A stretch of 64,000 nucleotides of DNA, from contig CBDCLE010000002.1 in assembly GCA_965218585.1 (NCBI GenBank), forward strand, positions 256,001-320,000, written 5' to 3'. A model generated the notes under the pieces. The model made no database searches, had not been told where the DNA came from, and saw only the letters and a list, made by a program, of their open reading frames with translations. Within the stretch, counting starts at the first letter, position 1. Each line of letters begins with the position of its first letter. Both the position numbers and the translations under genes were made by a program. The DNA comes from Terriglobia bacterium (lineage in GTDB: Bacteria > Acidobacteriota > Terriglobia > 20CM-2-55-15). Below, piece after piece: positions 1 to 10,915 of the stretch.

Positions 1-35
1 GACCCAATCTCTGCTTCGTGTTACTGTAAATCGTT

Positions 36-206
36 ATGCCCAAGATCACGATCAACGGTGAGGAGTACGAGGTCGATCCGGGAAAGACGATCATCCAGGT
101 GGCGGATGAGGTCGGCGTCCCGATTCCCCGGTACTGCTACCACCCGGACATCGGTCAAAGTGTACGATCCATCCCAGGAAGTCTGCGACTACCCCTCGGC
201 GACTGA
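36..206 (+). pseudogene. nuoG: N-terminal fragment of a NuoG-like / 2Fe-2S (Fer2_4) protein
   Basis: Manual translation from ATG36: MPKITINGEEYEVDPGKTIIQVADEVGVPIPRYCYHPDIG matches the NuoG N-terminal pattern (IPxxCYHP). It loses similarity before the remaining cysteines and stops at 206. Confidence 0.6.
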
Positions 207-331
207 GCAGCGTTATTCATCTGTTGTTCATGAGTCGCTGATCAACAAACGGCAGTAAGACGATTTTTTACCGCAGAGGCAAAGAGAGCTGCGGGAGTAG
301 CCGTGGATGGATCAGGCGCGACGCCAAGAAA

Positions 332-418
332 CGGAGGAAGAGGGATTCGAACCCCCGGCGCCGTTTCCAGCGCAGTGGTTTTCAAGACCACCGCCTTCGA
401 CCGCTCGGCCATTCCTCC
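332..418 (-). tRNA. tRNA-Ser (anticodon TGA), CCA not encoded
   Basis: Reverse strand reads GGAGGAATGGCCGAGCGGTCGAAGGCGGTGGTCTTGAAAACCAC...GGGGGTTCGAATCCCTCTTCCTCCG, with a paired acceptor stem, long variable arm and TTCGAATC T-loop. Confidence 0.96.
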
Positions 419-551
419 GTGGGAAAAGCTTACCATGTAAAGCTGCTGTTTTCTTTTAGTTACTAGCCAGTGATAATGTAAACGAAGTGCCGGGTGCCCG
501 AAAATTCAGCTGCAATCAGTTCAGGCACAGGTGGACACAAGAGGAGAGTAC

Positions 552-1775
552 TTGTCGACGACCGAATCCTACGACGTGACCGTGATCGGCGCTGGACTGA
601 TTGGCCTTTCAACCGCGATGCACCTGCTGGAGCGGTATCCGGACCTGCGGGTCGCAGTCATAGAGAAAGACCCCCACCCAGCATCGCAACAGTCTGGTCA
701 CAACAGCGGTGTCATTCACTCGGGGATCTACTACAAGCCAGGCTCTTTCAAAGCGCAGTTCTGCGTGGAGGGCCGCGCCTCGATGACCCAGTTCTGCACC
801 GACAACGAGATTCCCACATGGAAATGTGGCAAGCTCATCGTTGCGACGCGAGAGGACGAATTGGGACGGCTCGAAGCGCTTCTGGAACGTGGAACAGCGA
901 ACAAGGTCAAAGGACTGGAACTTGTCGGTCCAGAACGCATCAAGGAAATCGAACCCCATGTCAGCGCGATCAAGGCTCTGTGGGCGCCGGGAACCGGTAT
1001 CGTAGACTTCCGAAAGGTTGCGGCCGTCTACTTGAACAAGGTGCGTTCGGCCGGAGGCGACGTGTACTTTGACACGAGGCTCCAACGCGTCACGAAACAC
1101 GGAAACGAGACTGTTCTCGAAGCAAACACCAATGGGTTCAGGACACGCTACGCGGTCAACTGCGCCGGCCTCCACTCCGATGTCGTGGCTCGAATGATGG
1201 GCGTTCGACCCAACCTGAGGATCGTTCCGTTTCGGGGAGAGTACTACACGCTTAAGAAGGAAAAGGAGTCACTGGTCAAAGGCCTGATATATCCAGTTCC
1301 CAATCCGGACTTTCCGTTCCTCGGCGTCCACTTTACCCAAACTATGAAGGGCTTTGTCGAGGCCGGGCCGAACGCCGTCCTTGCACTGAAGAGAGAGGGC
1401 TACCGCAAGCGGGACGTCTCACTCGGCGAAATGCTCGGTACGTTTACCTACGCGGGATTCTGGCGACTTGCGTTTCGCGAGTGGAAAATCGCCGTCTGGG
1501 AGGTCAACAGGTCATTCAGGAAAAGCGTATTCGTCAAGAGCCTCCAGCGATTGATCCCCGAAGTCACATCGAACGATCTTGGCCGGGGAGGGTCCGGCGT
1601 CCGAGCTCAGGCAGTAGCGCCTGACGGTTCGCTTCTGGACGACTTCCGCATCGAACAGGGGTCCAACACTGTCCATGTACTCAATGCACCTTCTCCAGGT
1701 GCAACGTGCTCCCTCGTCATTGGCCGTTATATCGTCGACTTGGCTGAGAAAAGCTTTTCACTGCGTCGAGCTTAG
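552..1775 (+). CDS. lhgO: L-2-hydroxyglutarate oxidase (FAD-dependent)
   Basis: GAGLIG Rossmann motif, QSGHNSGVIHSGIYY, FPFLGVHFT, GVRAQA and NAPSPGAT motifs. TTG start chosen after the GAGGAG RBS (ORF track starts at 531). Confidence 0.9.
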   Translation: MSTTESYDVTVIGAGLIGLSTAMHLLERYPDLRVAVIEKDPHPASQQSGHNSGVIHSGIYYKPGSFKAQFCVEGRASMTQFCTDNEIPTWKCGKLIVATREDELGRLEALLERGTANKVKGLELVGPERIKEIEPHVSAIKALWAPGTGIVDFRKVAAVYLNKVRSAGGDVYFDTRLQRVTKHGNETVLEANTNGFRTRYAVNCAGLHSDVVARMMGVRPNLRIVPFRGEYYTLKKEKESLVKGLIYPVPNPDFPFLGVHFTQTMKGFVEAGPNAVLALKREGYRKRDVSLGEMLGTFTYAGFWRLAFREWKIAVWEVNRSFRKSVFVKSLQRLIPEVTSNDLGRGGSGVRAQAVAPDGSLLDDFRIEQGSNTVHVLNAPSPGATCSLVIGRYIVDLAEKSFSLRRA

Positions 1776-2061
1776 AACCTCTAATCCGAAACGCTCCGGG
1801 ATTCTCACCGTGATTCATCAACGTAACTTCAAAGGACTTCAAATGAAATGATTGCAGCAATCGTTCACGCCCGGATGGGATCGAGTCGACTTCCAGGCAA
1901 GGTATTAATGGACATCTGCGGACAACCTCTCTTGTGGCACGTAATCGAACGCGTCAAAGGAGCAATGACTATCGACGAAGTCATTGTCGCAACAACCGAG
2001 GAACCTGGTGATCGCCCTTTGAGGCATTACTTGAAGCAACTCGACGTAAAAACGTTTCTAG

Positions 2062-3603
2062 GAGTCTGCGCGGCAGAGCGGAAAGAACCTGGATTTATTG
2101 GGATTTGATCGTGTTGTCGGAGGCGACCGGACCGATTCTGCCGTTATGATGAACTCAGACCGGTGCGGACTCCAGTAGTAAGCCGTGTGATAAGGGTGGC
2201 GGTCCCGGTTTTCCGGATTAGGCCCATTCGATCTTCCCGTTCATCCGTCGTAAGTTCACTGCTAGAGTCACCAGGTTCCACTCACAGGTCACCTTGTCCA
2301 AACCTCGCAGGCTGAACTGTCGGAATCCGAGCACCGATTTGATCCACCCGAAGGGCGGTTCACCAATGTGCTTTCTGGCCCGGTAGCGATCACGCCCAGA
2401 CGGGGATTTCATTTTTCTCGTCATCCGACCAAGCGCGGTATCTTGTGGCGGGAGGGGGGCATCGTCCAGGTCCTTCTCCCGCCCCATGGCGACATACCCA
2501 TCAATTTGGCGTTGTTCTAACATCCCCAGATTCGACTCGGATCGATACCCCGCATCAGCGAGCACGCGGCCTGGAGACTCTCCCAGGTTGTTGTTCACCG
2601 CATCCAGAGTCGGCTCCAACTGCCCCACATCCGACGCATTGTCGCTCACCGTGGTCGCCACGATGATCCGGGCCTCGGAATCCACCATCGCCTGCGCGTT
2701 GTAACATTGCTGGAACCCTTCCGTGGAGGTCTTCATGATCCGGCTTTCTGGATCGGTGAAGTTCTCCTGGGCCTTGGGCTTGGGCTCGCCCATGGGGCGT
2801 TTGAATGGCTTGCCCTTCTTTCCGCTTCCCGGTTCGTCGTCTCCCGGTTTCCGTCCGGCTTCCTGGTCCGCAGCCATCTGACGTTCCTCGAGTCGCTTCA
2901 TCGCCGCCTGGATCGTGGCCAGACGCTTCTTACGGGTCGCCAACCCGTCGGGTAGTTCGTCTCCGCGCCGGTCCTTGCCGTAACGCTGGTCTTCGTCCTC
3001 ATCGGTCGCGGTCGCCCGGTTCAACAGATCCCGAATCTGCTCACCCAACTCGGTCTCCTGCTTCTTCATGCGTTGATAGCTCATCGCTTTGCGTTTGCTC
3101 GCATTCGCCCGCATCTTGGTTCCGTCCACCGCTACCGTCCCCATCTTCACCAAACCCGCTTCTCGCGCCATCATCACCACTTGCACAAACAGCTTCCCGA
3201 ACTCCTCAAGATGCAGTTTGCGAAAATCCGAGATCGTTCGGTGCGCGGGAAAGTTCTCGGCTCCCAACATCCGGAACGCCACATCTTCTCTCAACTTCGC
3301 TGCGATCTTCCTGGATGAAAACACTCCGGTCCCGTACCCATAGATCATCACCTTCACCATCATCCGCGGATCGAAGGCCTGATTGCCAGGCCCGTCAGTT
3401 CCATGCCTCTGTTCGAACCCGCTCAAATCCATCGCGTCCACAGCATCCGATATGAAGTACGACAGGTGATCTTCGGCCAGCCAATCGCTCAGCGACGGTG
3501 GCATCAGCAGGCTCTGTTCTGGAATATAGGCTCGGTAAGTTCGTGGCATGCCCTATCTTCCATCCATTCCCGCCCAATTTCGGTCCTTCTGCCGCGCAGA
3601 CTC
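2062..3603 (-). mobile_element. IS1182-family insertion sequence (1542 bp)
   Basis: Terminal IRs GAGTCTGCGCGGCAGA / TCTGCCGCGCAGACTC, flanked by a CTAG direct repeat (2058-2061, 3604-3607). Confidence 0.92.
2218..3549 (-). CDS. IS1182-family transposase
   Basis: 443 aa with GVFSSRKIA, AVDGTKMRANAS, NFTDPESRIM, YNAQ, LADAGY and EPPFGWIK motifs. Confidence 0.93.
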   Translation of the reverse strand: MPRTYRAYIPEQSLLMPPSLSDWLAEDHLSYFISDAVDAMDLSGFEQRHGTDGPGNQAFDPRMMVKVMIYGYGTGVFSSRKIAAKLREDVAFRMLGAENFPAHRTISDFRKLHLEEFGKLFVQVVMMAREAGLVKMGTVAVDGTKMRANASKRKAMSYQRMKKQETELGEQIRDLLNRATATDEDEDQRYGKDRRGDELPDGLATRKKRLATIQAAMKRLEERQMAADQEAGRKPGDDEPGSGKKGKPFKRPMGEPKPKAQENFTDPESRIMKTSTEGFQQCYNAQAMVDSEARIIVATTVSDNASDVGQLEPTLDAVNNNLGESPGRVLADAGYRSESNLGMLEQRQIDGYVAMGREKDLDDAPLPPQDTALGRMTRKMKSPSGRDRYRARKHIGEPPFGWIKSVLGFRQFSLRGLDKVTCEWNLVTLAVNLRRMNGKIEWA

Positions 3604-5100
3604 CTAGGTAGCGAAGACGACGTTCTGGATCGCGTCTATCAGGCAGCGAAGCACTACAAGGTTGACACCATAGCAAGAATCACCCCCGACGACCCGTTCA
3701 AAGATCCGGAAATCATCGACCGTGCCGTAACATTGCTGACGGAAGCTACGCCCCCAGTCGACTACGTCGCCAACTGCAGCTACGACGGAAGCATTCCGGT
3801 GTCTTACCCGGAGGGAATCGATATAGAAGTAATGACGTTCGAGTGTCTGGAAAGGATGTGGAATGGTGCGAATTTAAAATCCGAGCGGGAATGCTTGACT
3901 CCTTACGCTTTCCGGAATCAGGGCGAATTCAGAAAATTGGGCTTCCAACATACCGAAGACCTCTCCCACCATCGTTGGACGATCGACTACGAGAAGGACT
4001 TGGAGTTTGCCAGAGCGGTGTATGGGCGCCTTTATCCGGGAAATCGCCTATTTCTGATGGGTGACGTACTCGACCTTCTGGAAGCCGAACCAGAACTCTC
4101 ACAGATTAATGCTGGGATCGAGCGATACGAAGGATATTGGCGGGCAGTAGAATCCGACAGTTAGTCCTAAACGGGAATTACCGGTGTTTCCCTGTTCCGG
4201 CCAACCAATTCGCACAGTTATCCTCTATGGACCACCAACTCGCCCAACCACATCTAACGACGGGCGTCTAGCTAACTTGACTCATTACAGCTACTTAGAT
4301 AAGATTGATACTGGAGAGGAATGATCCTTGTCCTCAACCTAGCAACGCGACTCATCCGATTCAACTCGGAGGCAAAATGACGAACGTCAAGCTGGATCCC
4401 GCAGCCTTCACAACGAGCCCTTGGGCCTCGGCTCAGAGAACCGAGGATTTCCTGAAAGTGAATTATCCCAGTCTGAAGGGAATGAAGGTGATGCTGATCG
4501 TTCCTGACGACCACTACCGTAAGAAACTGATGCCTCTGGGACCCGGCTACGTCGCAACCGCCATGCAGCGATGTGACATCGACGTCGTGCTCAAGGATTT
4601 TTCAGTCTACATGCATGACGACATTGAGATCGCCAAGGTGCTTGTCGAAAGCGGTATCAAGATCTTTGCGATGGGAGCGCTATATTCCATGATTCGCGAG
4701 GTCGAGAGAATATGCAACATCATCCGTGCCGTAGTTCCTGATGCGACCATTATTCTCGGTGGCTCTTTGCCAAGCCCCATTCCGGAGTTCGTTCTTAGAC
4801 GAACCGGTGCAGATATCGCGACGATCGGAGAGGCGGAGATCACGATCGTCCATCTAATGGACGCGATCGCTGGAAATCGAAATATCGAGGACGTTCAGGG
4901 TATCGCCTACATCGCAGACGGCGAGTTTGTGGACAACGGAACACCGTTATTGCCACGCCAGGCTACGAGAGAAGAGGTGGGCTGGCCAGCTCTGGACTTG
5001 TACCCAATCGAGTCGTATCTGCACACCGCCAAGTTTCATCCCTTCCACCAAAACGAACCGTGATTATGCCGATCGTCACTGGTCGGGGGTGTCCTACGCC

Positions 5101-6465
5101 GAGGTCGTTCCAATCGGTGTGTAAAAAGAGAAGGCGGTGTACGCTTTCGGTGAATTCGAAACCGTAAGCAATCCCGGCAGCAATCGGGAGAAAGGTACAC
5201 CACCCATGAAGAAGAAGAACATACCGGCATCAGTGGCGTCAACGAACGCGTATGAAGGTTTGGAGGACTGGGCGCGATCCCGGGTCCAAGTCTGGCTACA
5301 GGAGCTGCTCGAGGACGAAGTCACGCAGTTTCTGGGTCGGGAAAAGTTGGAGCGGAGTCCGAATCGACGAGGATACCGGAACGGTCACGGGAAACCGCGA
5401 CGCTTCGCAATGATGAACGGTACGATGGAGGTTCGACGACCTCGGGTTCGAAACACCGCCGAGCGGTTCGAGAGTCAGATCCTGCCGTATTTTCGACGGA
5501 AATCGAAACAGCTGGGCGAGCTACTTCCCGATCTCTACCTCCACGGCCTGGCCACAGGGGACTTCGAGCAGGCCATGCGCGGACTGCTTGGCGCTGGCGC
5601 TCCGTTGTCGCGAGCATCGATCCAACGACTGAAATCGATCTGGCAGTTGGAGTATGACGAGTGGGTCCAGCAGGACCTGTCCGGCCTCGAGGTCGTGTAC
5701 CAGTGGGCAGACGGCTTGTACGTGAAAGCGGGGATCGCGAAAGAGCGAGCGGCATTGCTGGTGATCATCGGAGCCTTGTCAGACGGGCGCAAAGTGCTGT
5801 TGGCCTGTGAGAGCGGGCAGCGGGAAAGCAAGGAGTCCTGGAGCCGCATTCTGCGCAATCTCCAGAGACGGGGCCTGAAGCTGGGACGGCTGACTGTCGC
5901 GGACGGTCACCTGGGCATCTGGTCCGCGCTGGCCGAGCAACAGCCCCAGGGCCAGGAACAACGCTGCTGGAACCACAAGTCGATCAACGTGGTCGATCAT
6001 CTGCCGAAGACCGAGCAGCCCGCGGCCAGACAGCTGCTTCATGGGATGGCCTTCGCGAACTCCCGCGCGGCCTGCGAACGAAAGCGGGATCAGTTCGTCC
6101 GCCGATATGAGAAGAACTATCCCAAAGCGGGTGAGACGCTGTTGCGGGACTGGGACCGGATGATTACTTTCTATGAGTTCCCGAAACAACACTGGGTGCA
6201 TCTGAGAACGACCAACATCGTCGAGTCGCCCTTCGACATGGTTCGTCTCCGCACCAACGCCGCTCGCCGATTCAAGCGTGTCGAGAATGCAACGGCAATG
6301 ATTTGGAAGCTACTACGTGTCGCTGAGAAGGCTTGGCGACACTTAAAAGGATCCGAACTCTTACAAGAGGTCTATGATGGCCAGCAATTCGCTGACGGCA
6401 TCAGAGTCGTGATGAAATCGAAGGCCGCCGCCTGATGACTTTTACACACCTTTTGTAATGACCTC
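5101..6465 (+). mobile_element. IS256-family insertion sequence, copy 1 (1365 bp)
   Basis: Ends GAGGTC...GACCTC with an 8-bp target duplication CCTACGCC (5093-5100, 6466-6473). Near-identical to 36698-38062. Confidence 0.93.
5206..6435 (+). CDS. IS256-family (Mutator) transposase
   Basis: GYRNG, WADGLY, ADGHLG, QRCWNH and RTTNIVES motifs. Confidence 0.93.
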   Translation: MKKKNIPASVASTNAYEGLEDWARSRVQVWLQELLEDEVTQFLGREKLERSPNRRGYRNGHGKPRRFAMMNGTMEVRRPRVRNTAERFESQILPYFRRKSKQLGELLPDLYLHGLATGDFEQAMRGLLGAGAPLSRASIQRLKSIWQLEYDEWVQQDLSGLEVVYQWADGLYVKAGIAKERAALLVIIGALSDGRKVLLACESGQRESKESWSRILRNLQRRGLKLGRLTVADGHLGIWSALAEQQPQGQEQRCWNHKSINVVDHLPKTEQPAARQLLHGMAFANSRAACERKRDQFVRRYEKNYPKAGETLLRDWDRMITFYEFPKQHWVHLRTTNIVESPFDMVRLRTNAARRFKRVENATAMIWKLLRVAEKAWRHLKGSELLQEVYDGQQFADGIRVVMKSKAAA

Positions 6466-7467
6466 CCTACGCCTGTAATTTCTGCTATCGAGCCAGCGCC
6501 TATCGGATACGGCCTTACGAGGATATCGTCGATGAAATGGCATACCTGGTCGAAAAATACCGTTTGGACGGCTTCTATATGGTCGACGATTTGTTGATGT
6601 TGAGCCAGGAGAAGATAACGAATTTCTGCCAGGCCGTTATTGAGAGGGGCCTTAGGATCCGCTACAACTGCAATGGTCGAGTGAACACGGTGACACCTGA
6701 GATAATAAGACTGCTCAAGGAATCCGGATGTATCTCCGTGTTCTATGGTTTGGAGTCCGGCAACGACGAGATTCTGAAGATGATGTCGAAGAAAACGACC
6801 ACAGACCAAATTTACAACGCGATCAGACTCACTCGCGAAGCCGGCATCTTCGCTGAATACGCATTCATGTTTGGTCAGCCGGGGGAGAACGAAGAAACGC
6901 TCAAAGACACAGTTCACATGTTGAAGAAGATTTCGTATGGCGAATTTCGGTCGAACAAGATTTCCGGATGCGTTCCGTTCCCGGGAACGGGGTTATACGA
7001 CTGGTGTAAAGAAGCGGGGCGAATCAAAGACGACCAGGACTTCTACGATCGGTATGTTTCCCAGGATTGGTCACTCGATCAGGTTCCGATTAACATGACC
7101 GAACTGGACGACGATAATCTCCGAAACATCTTCAACAAAGCCAATCGGGAACTCAGTGATTTCTTCATCAATGAGATTTCTGATCGATGGGTCGAGGCAT
7201 TCGGTGGTGATGTGCGTGAACTTCAGAAGAACAGTGGCGGTGCTAAGACCATGGATCACATCAGAGAACGAGTCGAATCCAGTGCCAGCACCTTCGATAC
7301 CAGCGGTAGAACCTAGCGACTCATTAGATCGATTCTGCTACCCCTCGCCCTCATCGCGACACTTCTTCAGTTAACACCTGCTGGGCAACCTAAGCGGAGC
7401 GAGCCTTCTGATGATTGCAAACGAGCGATTTGAGATTGCAACGGAAACGCTTCGCGAATAATCGGAA

Positions 7468-8154
7468 ATGGAATGGTCTTCGGATGCCATTCTCCATATC
7501 GCCACGGCCAGACTGCTCATCAGTTCCGACCAGTTCATCGAAGCCGACGCTTCATTGGTGGCTGCCGCGGAGTTCGTCTCTGAATCGAGTGCTTTCGCTG
7601 CTGAACTGGAAGAGCTGTGGGACCGATTCCGTATAAGAAACGGGGACTACGATCTGGCGATCGAAAGTTTTATGAGGGCTGCTGGTCTTGATCCAGCTCG
7701 ACCGGAAAACATGCTGGAACTGGCAGGGCTTTACGCTCTATCGCAGGAATGGGACGAAGCCGCCCTTTGGATGCAGAGCGCCATTCAGACCGCCCCTTAC
7801 AGGGTCGCCGACTACTGGGAATTGCTCGGAGAGTGCCTGATCGATGGCGGGCGTGAAGCTGAAGCCATTTCAGCTTTTGAAGTAGCTCTGGATATAGAGC
7901 CCTACAGGTACCTTGCCCGCTTGCGTCTGGCCGAGGCAATGGAGAGAAACGGCCAATCGGGGACGGCGATAGAACTATTGGAGTTTCTTTCCGATCTGAG
8001 CATTGATTGGAATGTCGAAGTCTACACGCGTCTTGCAGACCTTTACACATCTGCCGGTCGCGACTCGGACGCTCGAAAATCCCTGGACAAAGGAGCAAGA
8101 CTCATTCCAGACAGTGCAGAAATCGACGAGCAGCGCCAGCTGCTTGGAATCTAA
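7468..8154 (+). CDS. TPR-repeat protein, probably the 3' part of a degraded gene
   Basis: Helical TPR-like repeats. Upstream there is an in-frame TAA at 7459-7461 and a frameshifted signal-like stretch (SILLPLALIATLL) near 7330-7375. Confidence 0.65.
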   Translation: MEWSSDAILHIATARLLISSDQFIEADASLVAAAEFVSESSAFAAELEELWDRFRIRNGDYDLAIESFMRAAGLDPARPENMLELAGLYALSQEWDEAALWMQSAIQTAPYRVADYWELLGECLIDGGREAEAISAFEVALDIEPYRYLARLRLAEAMERNGQSGTAIELLEFLSDLSIDWNVEVYTRLADLYTSAGRDSDARKSLDKGARLIPDSAEIDEQRQLLGI

Positions 8155-8189
8155 TTAGATCCGGCGTTAGTTAAGATCTCAGAGCTCTC

Positions 8190-9536
8190 TCAGATCAGTC
8201 CCACCACCCACAACACGTAGACGACAGCCATCGCTACGGTTCCGTTCACAAACGTCACGCCGCCATAGGAGATCAGGGCAGACTTCAACGACATCCTCGA
8301 AAGCGAAGTGCACACCCAGAAATAACTCGAATTGGGAAACTTGATGATGATCGAACCGGCGGCGCCTGCCAGCATCGTCGCTTCAGGACTGAGACCGAGC
8401 GTGCCGGCTATCGGAGAAACCACCGAAGCTGCCGTGATCACCCCGACGGTGGTGGATCCGGTGATGACATTGCCGACAATGCCCAGAACGAAGGGCAGAA
8501 ATATAGCCGGCAGGCCCGTGAAGGCTACCGCGTTGGCGATCGTTTCAACAGCGGGTGTTCCTCGAAGAATCTGACTCAACGCCCCACCCAGGCCAGTGAC
8601 CATGATAATCATCGCGGACGTGCGGAGTGCGTTTTCCACCCATTCATTCGTCCGGACACCCACCTGCTCGCGTGTGGTGTTCCGGAACGCCAGCAGGACG
8701 CCGATACCGAGCGCAACAACCGGCCAGCCCAGGTAGAGCATCACTGCGTTCACGATATGTTCTTCGGGCAACATCAACCGCGCCGCGCTCTGCCCGGCGA
8801 TCAGGACTAGCGGGATGGCAATGGGCGCATAGGCTCGCCAGGTGGAAGGCAGCTCGGACTCCCGGCCCTGTTCGACAAAGGATTCGCCGACAAATTCCTC
8901 CGACGCCGGGGAATGGACGCGGGGACCGACCACCAGTGCGAAGACCCATCCGGCCAGTGAAGCGATCAGAGTGGCCAAACCCCCGTACACAATCACCGTG
9001 CCCAGATCGGCACCAACCAGCGCAGCGGCTGCCAAGGGACCCGGAGTCGGAGGGACCATCGCATGGGTCATCTGGAGCGCACCGACAAGTCCTGAAGCCA
9101 TCACGCTCATGTTCACGGCGCTTTTGAGAGCGGCGGAGTGCACGAGGGGATTCAAAATGACGTAGCCAACATCGGAAAAAATGGCCAGACCGATGATCCA
9201 CCCACTCATGGTCAGCGCCAGAGGCATGCGCCTTTCGCCAACCCAACGGATCATCGACGAAGTGATCCGTTCGATTCCACCTGTATGTTTGAGCGCCTCC
9301 GCCATGATCGATCCGATCACGATGACGACCGCGATGCTCTCGATCGTGCCTCCGAATCCCTGCTCGAAGGCCGTGATGAACGCGCCCCGGTTGATACCCG
9401 GCATCAGGGCGAACAATACGATCGGCACGAGTAGCGCTATGAACACATGCCATTTGAAACGGGTGATCATCAGAAACAGGAGTGCGATAACGGCTATCAG
9501 TCCCCCTATTGCGATGATGGCGCTCTCAGTGATCAT
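8190..9536 (-). CDS. GntP-family (gluconate:H+ symporter-like) permease
   Basis: Multi-TM protein with THAMVPPTPGPLAAA, GSTTV and NSSYFWV motifs. GGAG RBS lies before ATG 9536. Confidence 0.88.
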   Translation of the reverse strand: MITESAIIAIGGLIAVIALLFLMITRFKWHVFIALLVPIVLFALMPGINRGAFITAFEQGFGGTIESIAVVIVIGSIMAEALKHTGGIERITSSMIRWVGERRMPLALTMSGWIIGLAIFSDVGYVILNPLVHSAALKSAVNMSVMASGLVGALQMTHAMVPPTPGPLAAAALVGADLGTVIVYGGLATLIASLAGWVFALVVGPRVHSPASEEFVGESFVEQGRESELPSTWRAYAPIAIPLVLIAGQSAARLMLPEEHIVNAVMLYLGWPVVALGIGVLLAFRNTTREQVGVRTNEWVENALRTSAMIIMVTGLGGALSQILRGTPAVETIANAVAFTGLPAIFLPFVLGIVGNVITGSTTVGVITAASVVSPIAGTLGLSPEATMLAGAAGSIIIKFPNSSYFWVCTSLSRMSLKSALISYGGVTFVNGTVAMAVVYVLWVVGLI

Positions 9537-9803
9537 CAAGGAATCTCCTCTAGAGGTTTCCGATACTTCGGATAGCATTTACTCCGTCGAACATGCGGAA
9601 ACACAATAGTCTTCGTAGACAGATTTTCCAACGTAAACCTTCGCCGGATACCTGACAGGAGACGATTTTCTCCAATACCCGTCTAACAGACGGCGAACAG
9701 AGATAGAATTCTTTACAATTCCGGCCCTAAACGGATGCCGAACATATTGCTTCGTTTTGCTGGCCGAGGTACGCTCTAGGAACAGTTTCTGAGGAGATTT
9801 CTG

Positions 9804-10844
9804 ATGATTCCCAGACGGTTGGCCGCTCTCGTCGTCTTGATTGTGTTCGGAGTGGGTTTGGCCCTGGCTCAGGGCCCGAGGCGGGACCTCGGCGAAGACG
9901 TTCCGCTGCCGCCACTTCCGGAACCGGAAGGTGCGTTGGATCTTGACGTCGAGGACCGATTCTCACTCTCCATCGACATCGAAGTCGTCAACGTAGATGT
10001 CGTGGTGACAGACAAGCGCGACAACCCCATCTCGGGACTGCAGAAGGAACATTTTCGGGTTTTCGTCGACGACGAAGAGCAGTTGGTGACGAACTTCAGT
10101 CCCACGGACACGCCACTGACGGTAGTAATCCTGCTCGAGTTCGGAGCGAACTTCACCTATTACTATGACGACGTAATCGGTCCTTCAGCCGGATTCATCC
10201 AGTCGCTGCGCGAGAATGACTGGGCAGCTATCGTCAAGTACGACATTCGGCCCGAAATCGTGACCGATTTCACGCAGAACGGGAACGAACTCTTCAATGG
10301 CCTCCGGAGCTTGCAGTTTCCGGGCTTCAGAGAGACATCGTTCTATGATGCTGTCGTCTTTACACTGCAGCGGATGGAAAACATCGAGGGAAAGAAAGCG
10401 ATCTTCCTGCTAACTAGCGGAATCGACACTTTCAGCAAGATAAACTACAACGAAATGCTCCGGGCAGCGGAAACCTCGAACACCATAATCTACCCTGTGG
10501 GCATGGGCGAAAACTTCATGCTCTTCAACGAAAATCGTATCAGTAACATCGCCCGCATGCAGATGCTCCAGGCAAGAAACGCCCTTCAGACGTTGGCCCG
10601 GTACACGGGTGGCACACACTTCTTCCCGCGGTTCCAGGGAGAATACCCAGGTATCTATGAAACCGTCAGCGTCCATCTGCGAAACCAGTACAGTCTCGGA
10701 TTCATACCTAGAGATCTCGAACAAGACGATGATTTGCGGGAACTCCGGATCGAAGCCGCGGACGTGGATGTCGACGGCGACGGCGAACCCGACGAGTTGG
10801 AAGTTCGCCACAAGAGAGGCTTCTACAATTCGATCGAAGAATAG
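9804..10844 (+). CDS. Secreted VWA-domain protein (VWFA-related acidobacterial type)
   Basis: Signal peptide; VNVDVVVTDK...ISGL..EHF.VF, KKAIFLLTSG.DT, LARYTGG and LRNQYSLGF patterns. Confidence 0.82.
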   Translation: MIPRRLAALVVLIVFGVGLALAQGPRRDLGEDVPLPPLPEPEGALDLDVEDRFSLSIDIEVVNVDVVVTDKRDNPISGLQKEHFRVFVDDEEQLVTNFSPTDTPLTVVILLEFGANFTYYYDDVIGPSAGFIQSLRENDWAAIVKYDIRPEIVTDFTQNGNELFNGLRSLQFPGFRETSFYDAVVFTLQRMENIEGKKAIFLLTSGIDTFSKINYNEMLRAAETSNTIIYPVGMGENFMLFNENRISNIARMQMLQARNALQTLARYTGGTHFFPRFQGEYPGIYETVSVHLRNQYSLGFIPRDLEQDDDLRELRIEAADVDVDGDGEPDELEVRHKRGFYNSIEE

Positions 10845-10915
10845 CGCGATCTTCTTCGTCCATTTTCCAAGATCGACCCTTCCGGCCATCAATCTCCGCA
10901 ACTCGAGGATCACTG

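Larger units (their letters stand above)
1848..4164 (+). pseudogene. spsF: SpsF-like cytidylyltransferase interrupted by IS1182
   Basis: N-terminus has ARMGSSRLPGKVL. Removing the IS and one CTAG copy restores TFLGSEDDVLDR in frame; the C-terminal part has RITPDDPF and RWTIDYEKDL. Confidence 0.88.
4377..7316 (+). pseudogene. B12-binding radical SAM protein, interrupted by IS256 and frameshifted
   Basis: N-terminal B12-binding domain (MPLGPGYVA, ILGGSLPS, GEAE). The CxxxCxxC motif (GRGCP-YACNFCYR) is split by the IS. The C-terminal part (6537-7316) has GLESG and FMFGQPGE. Additional 1-nt indels lie near 5058 and 5093. Confidence 0.85.
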
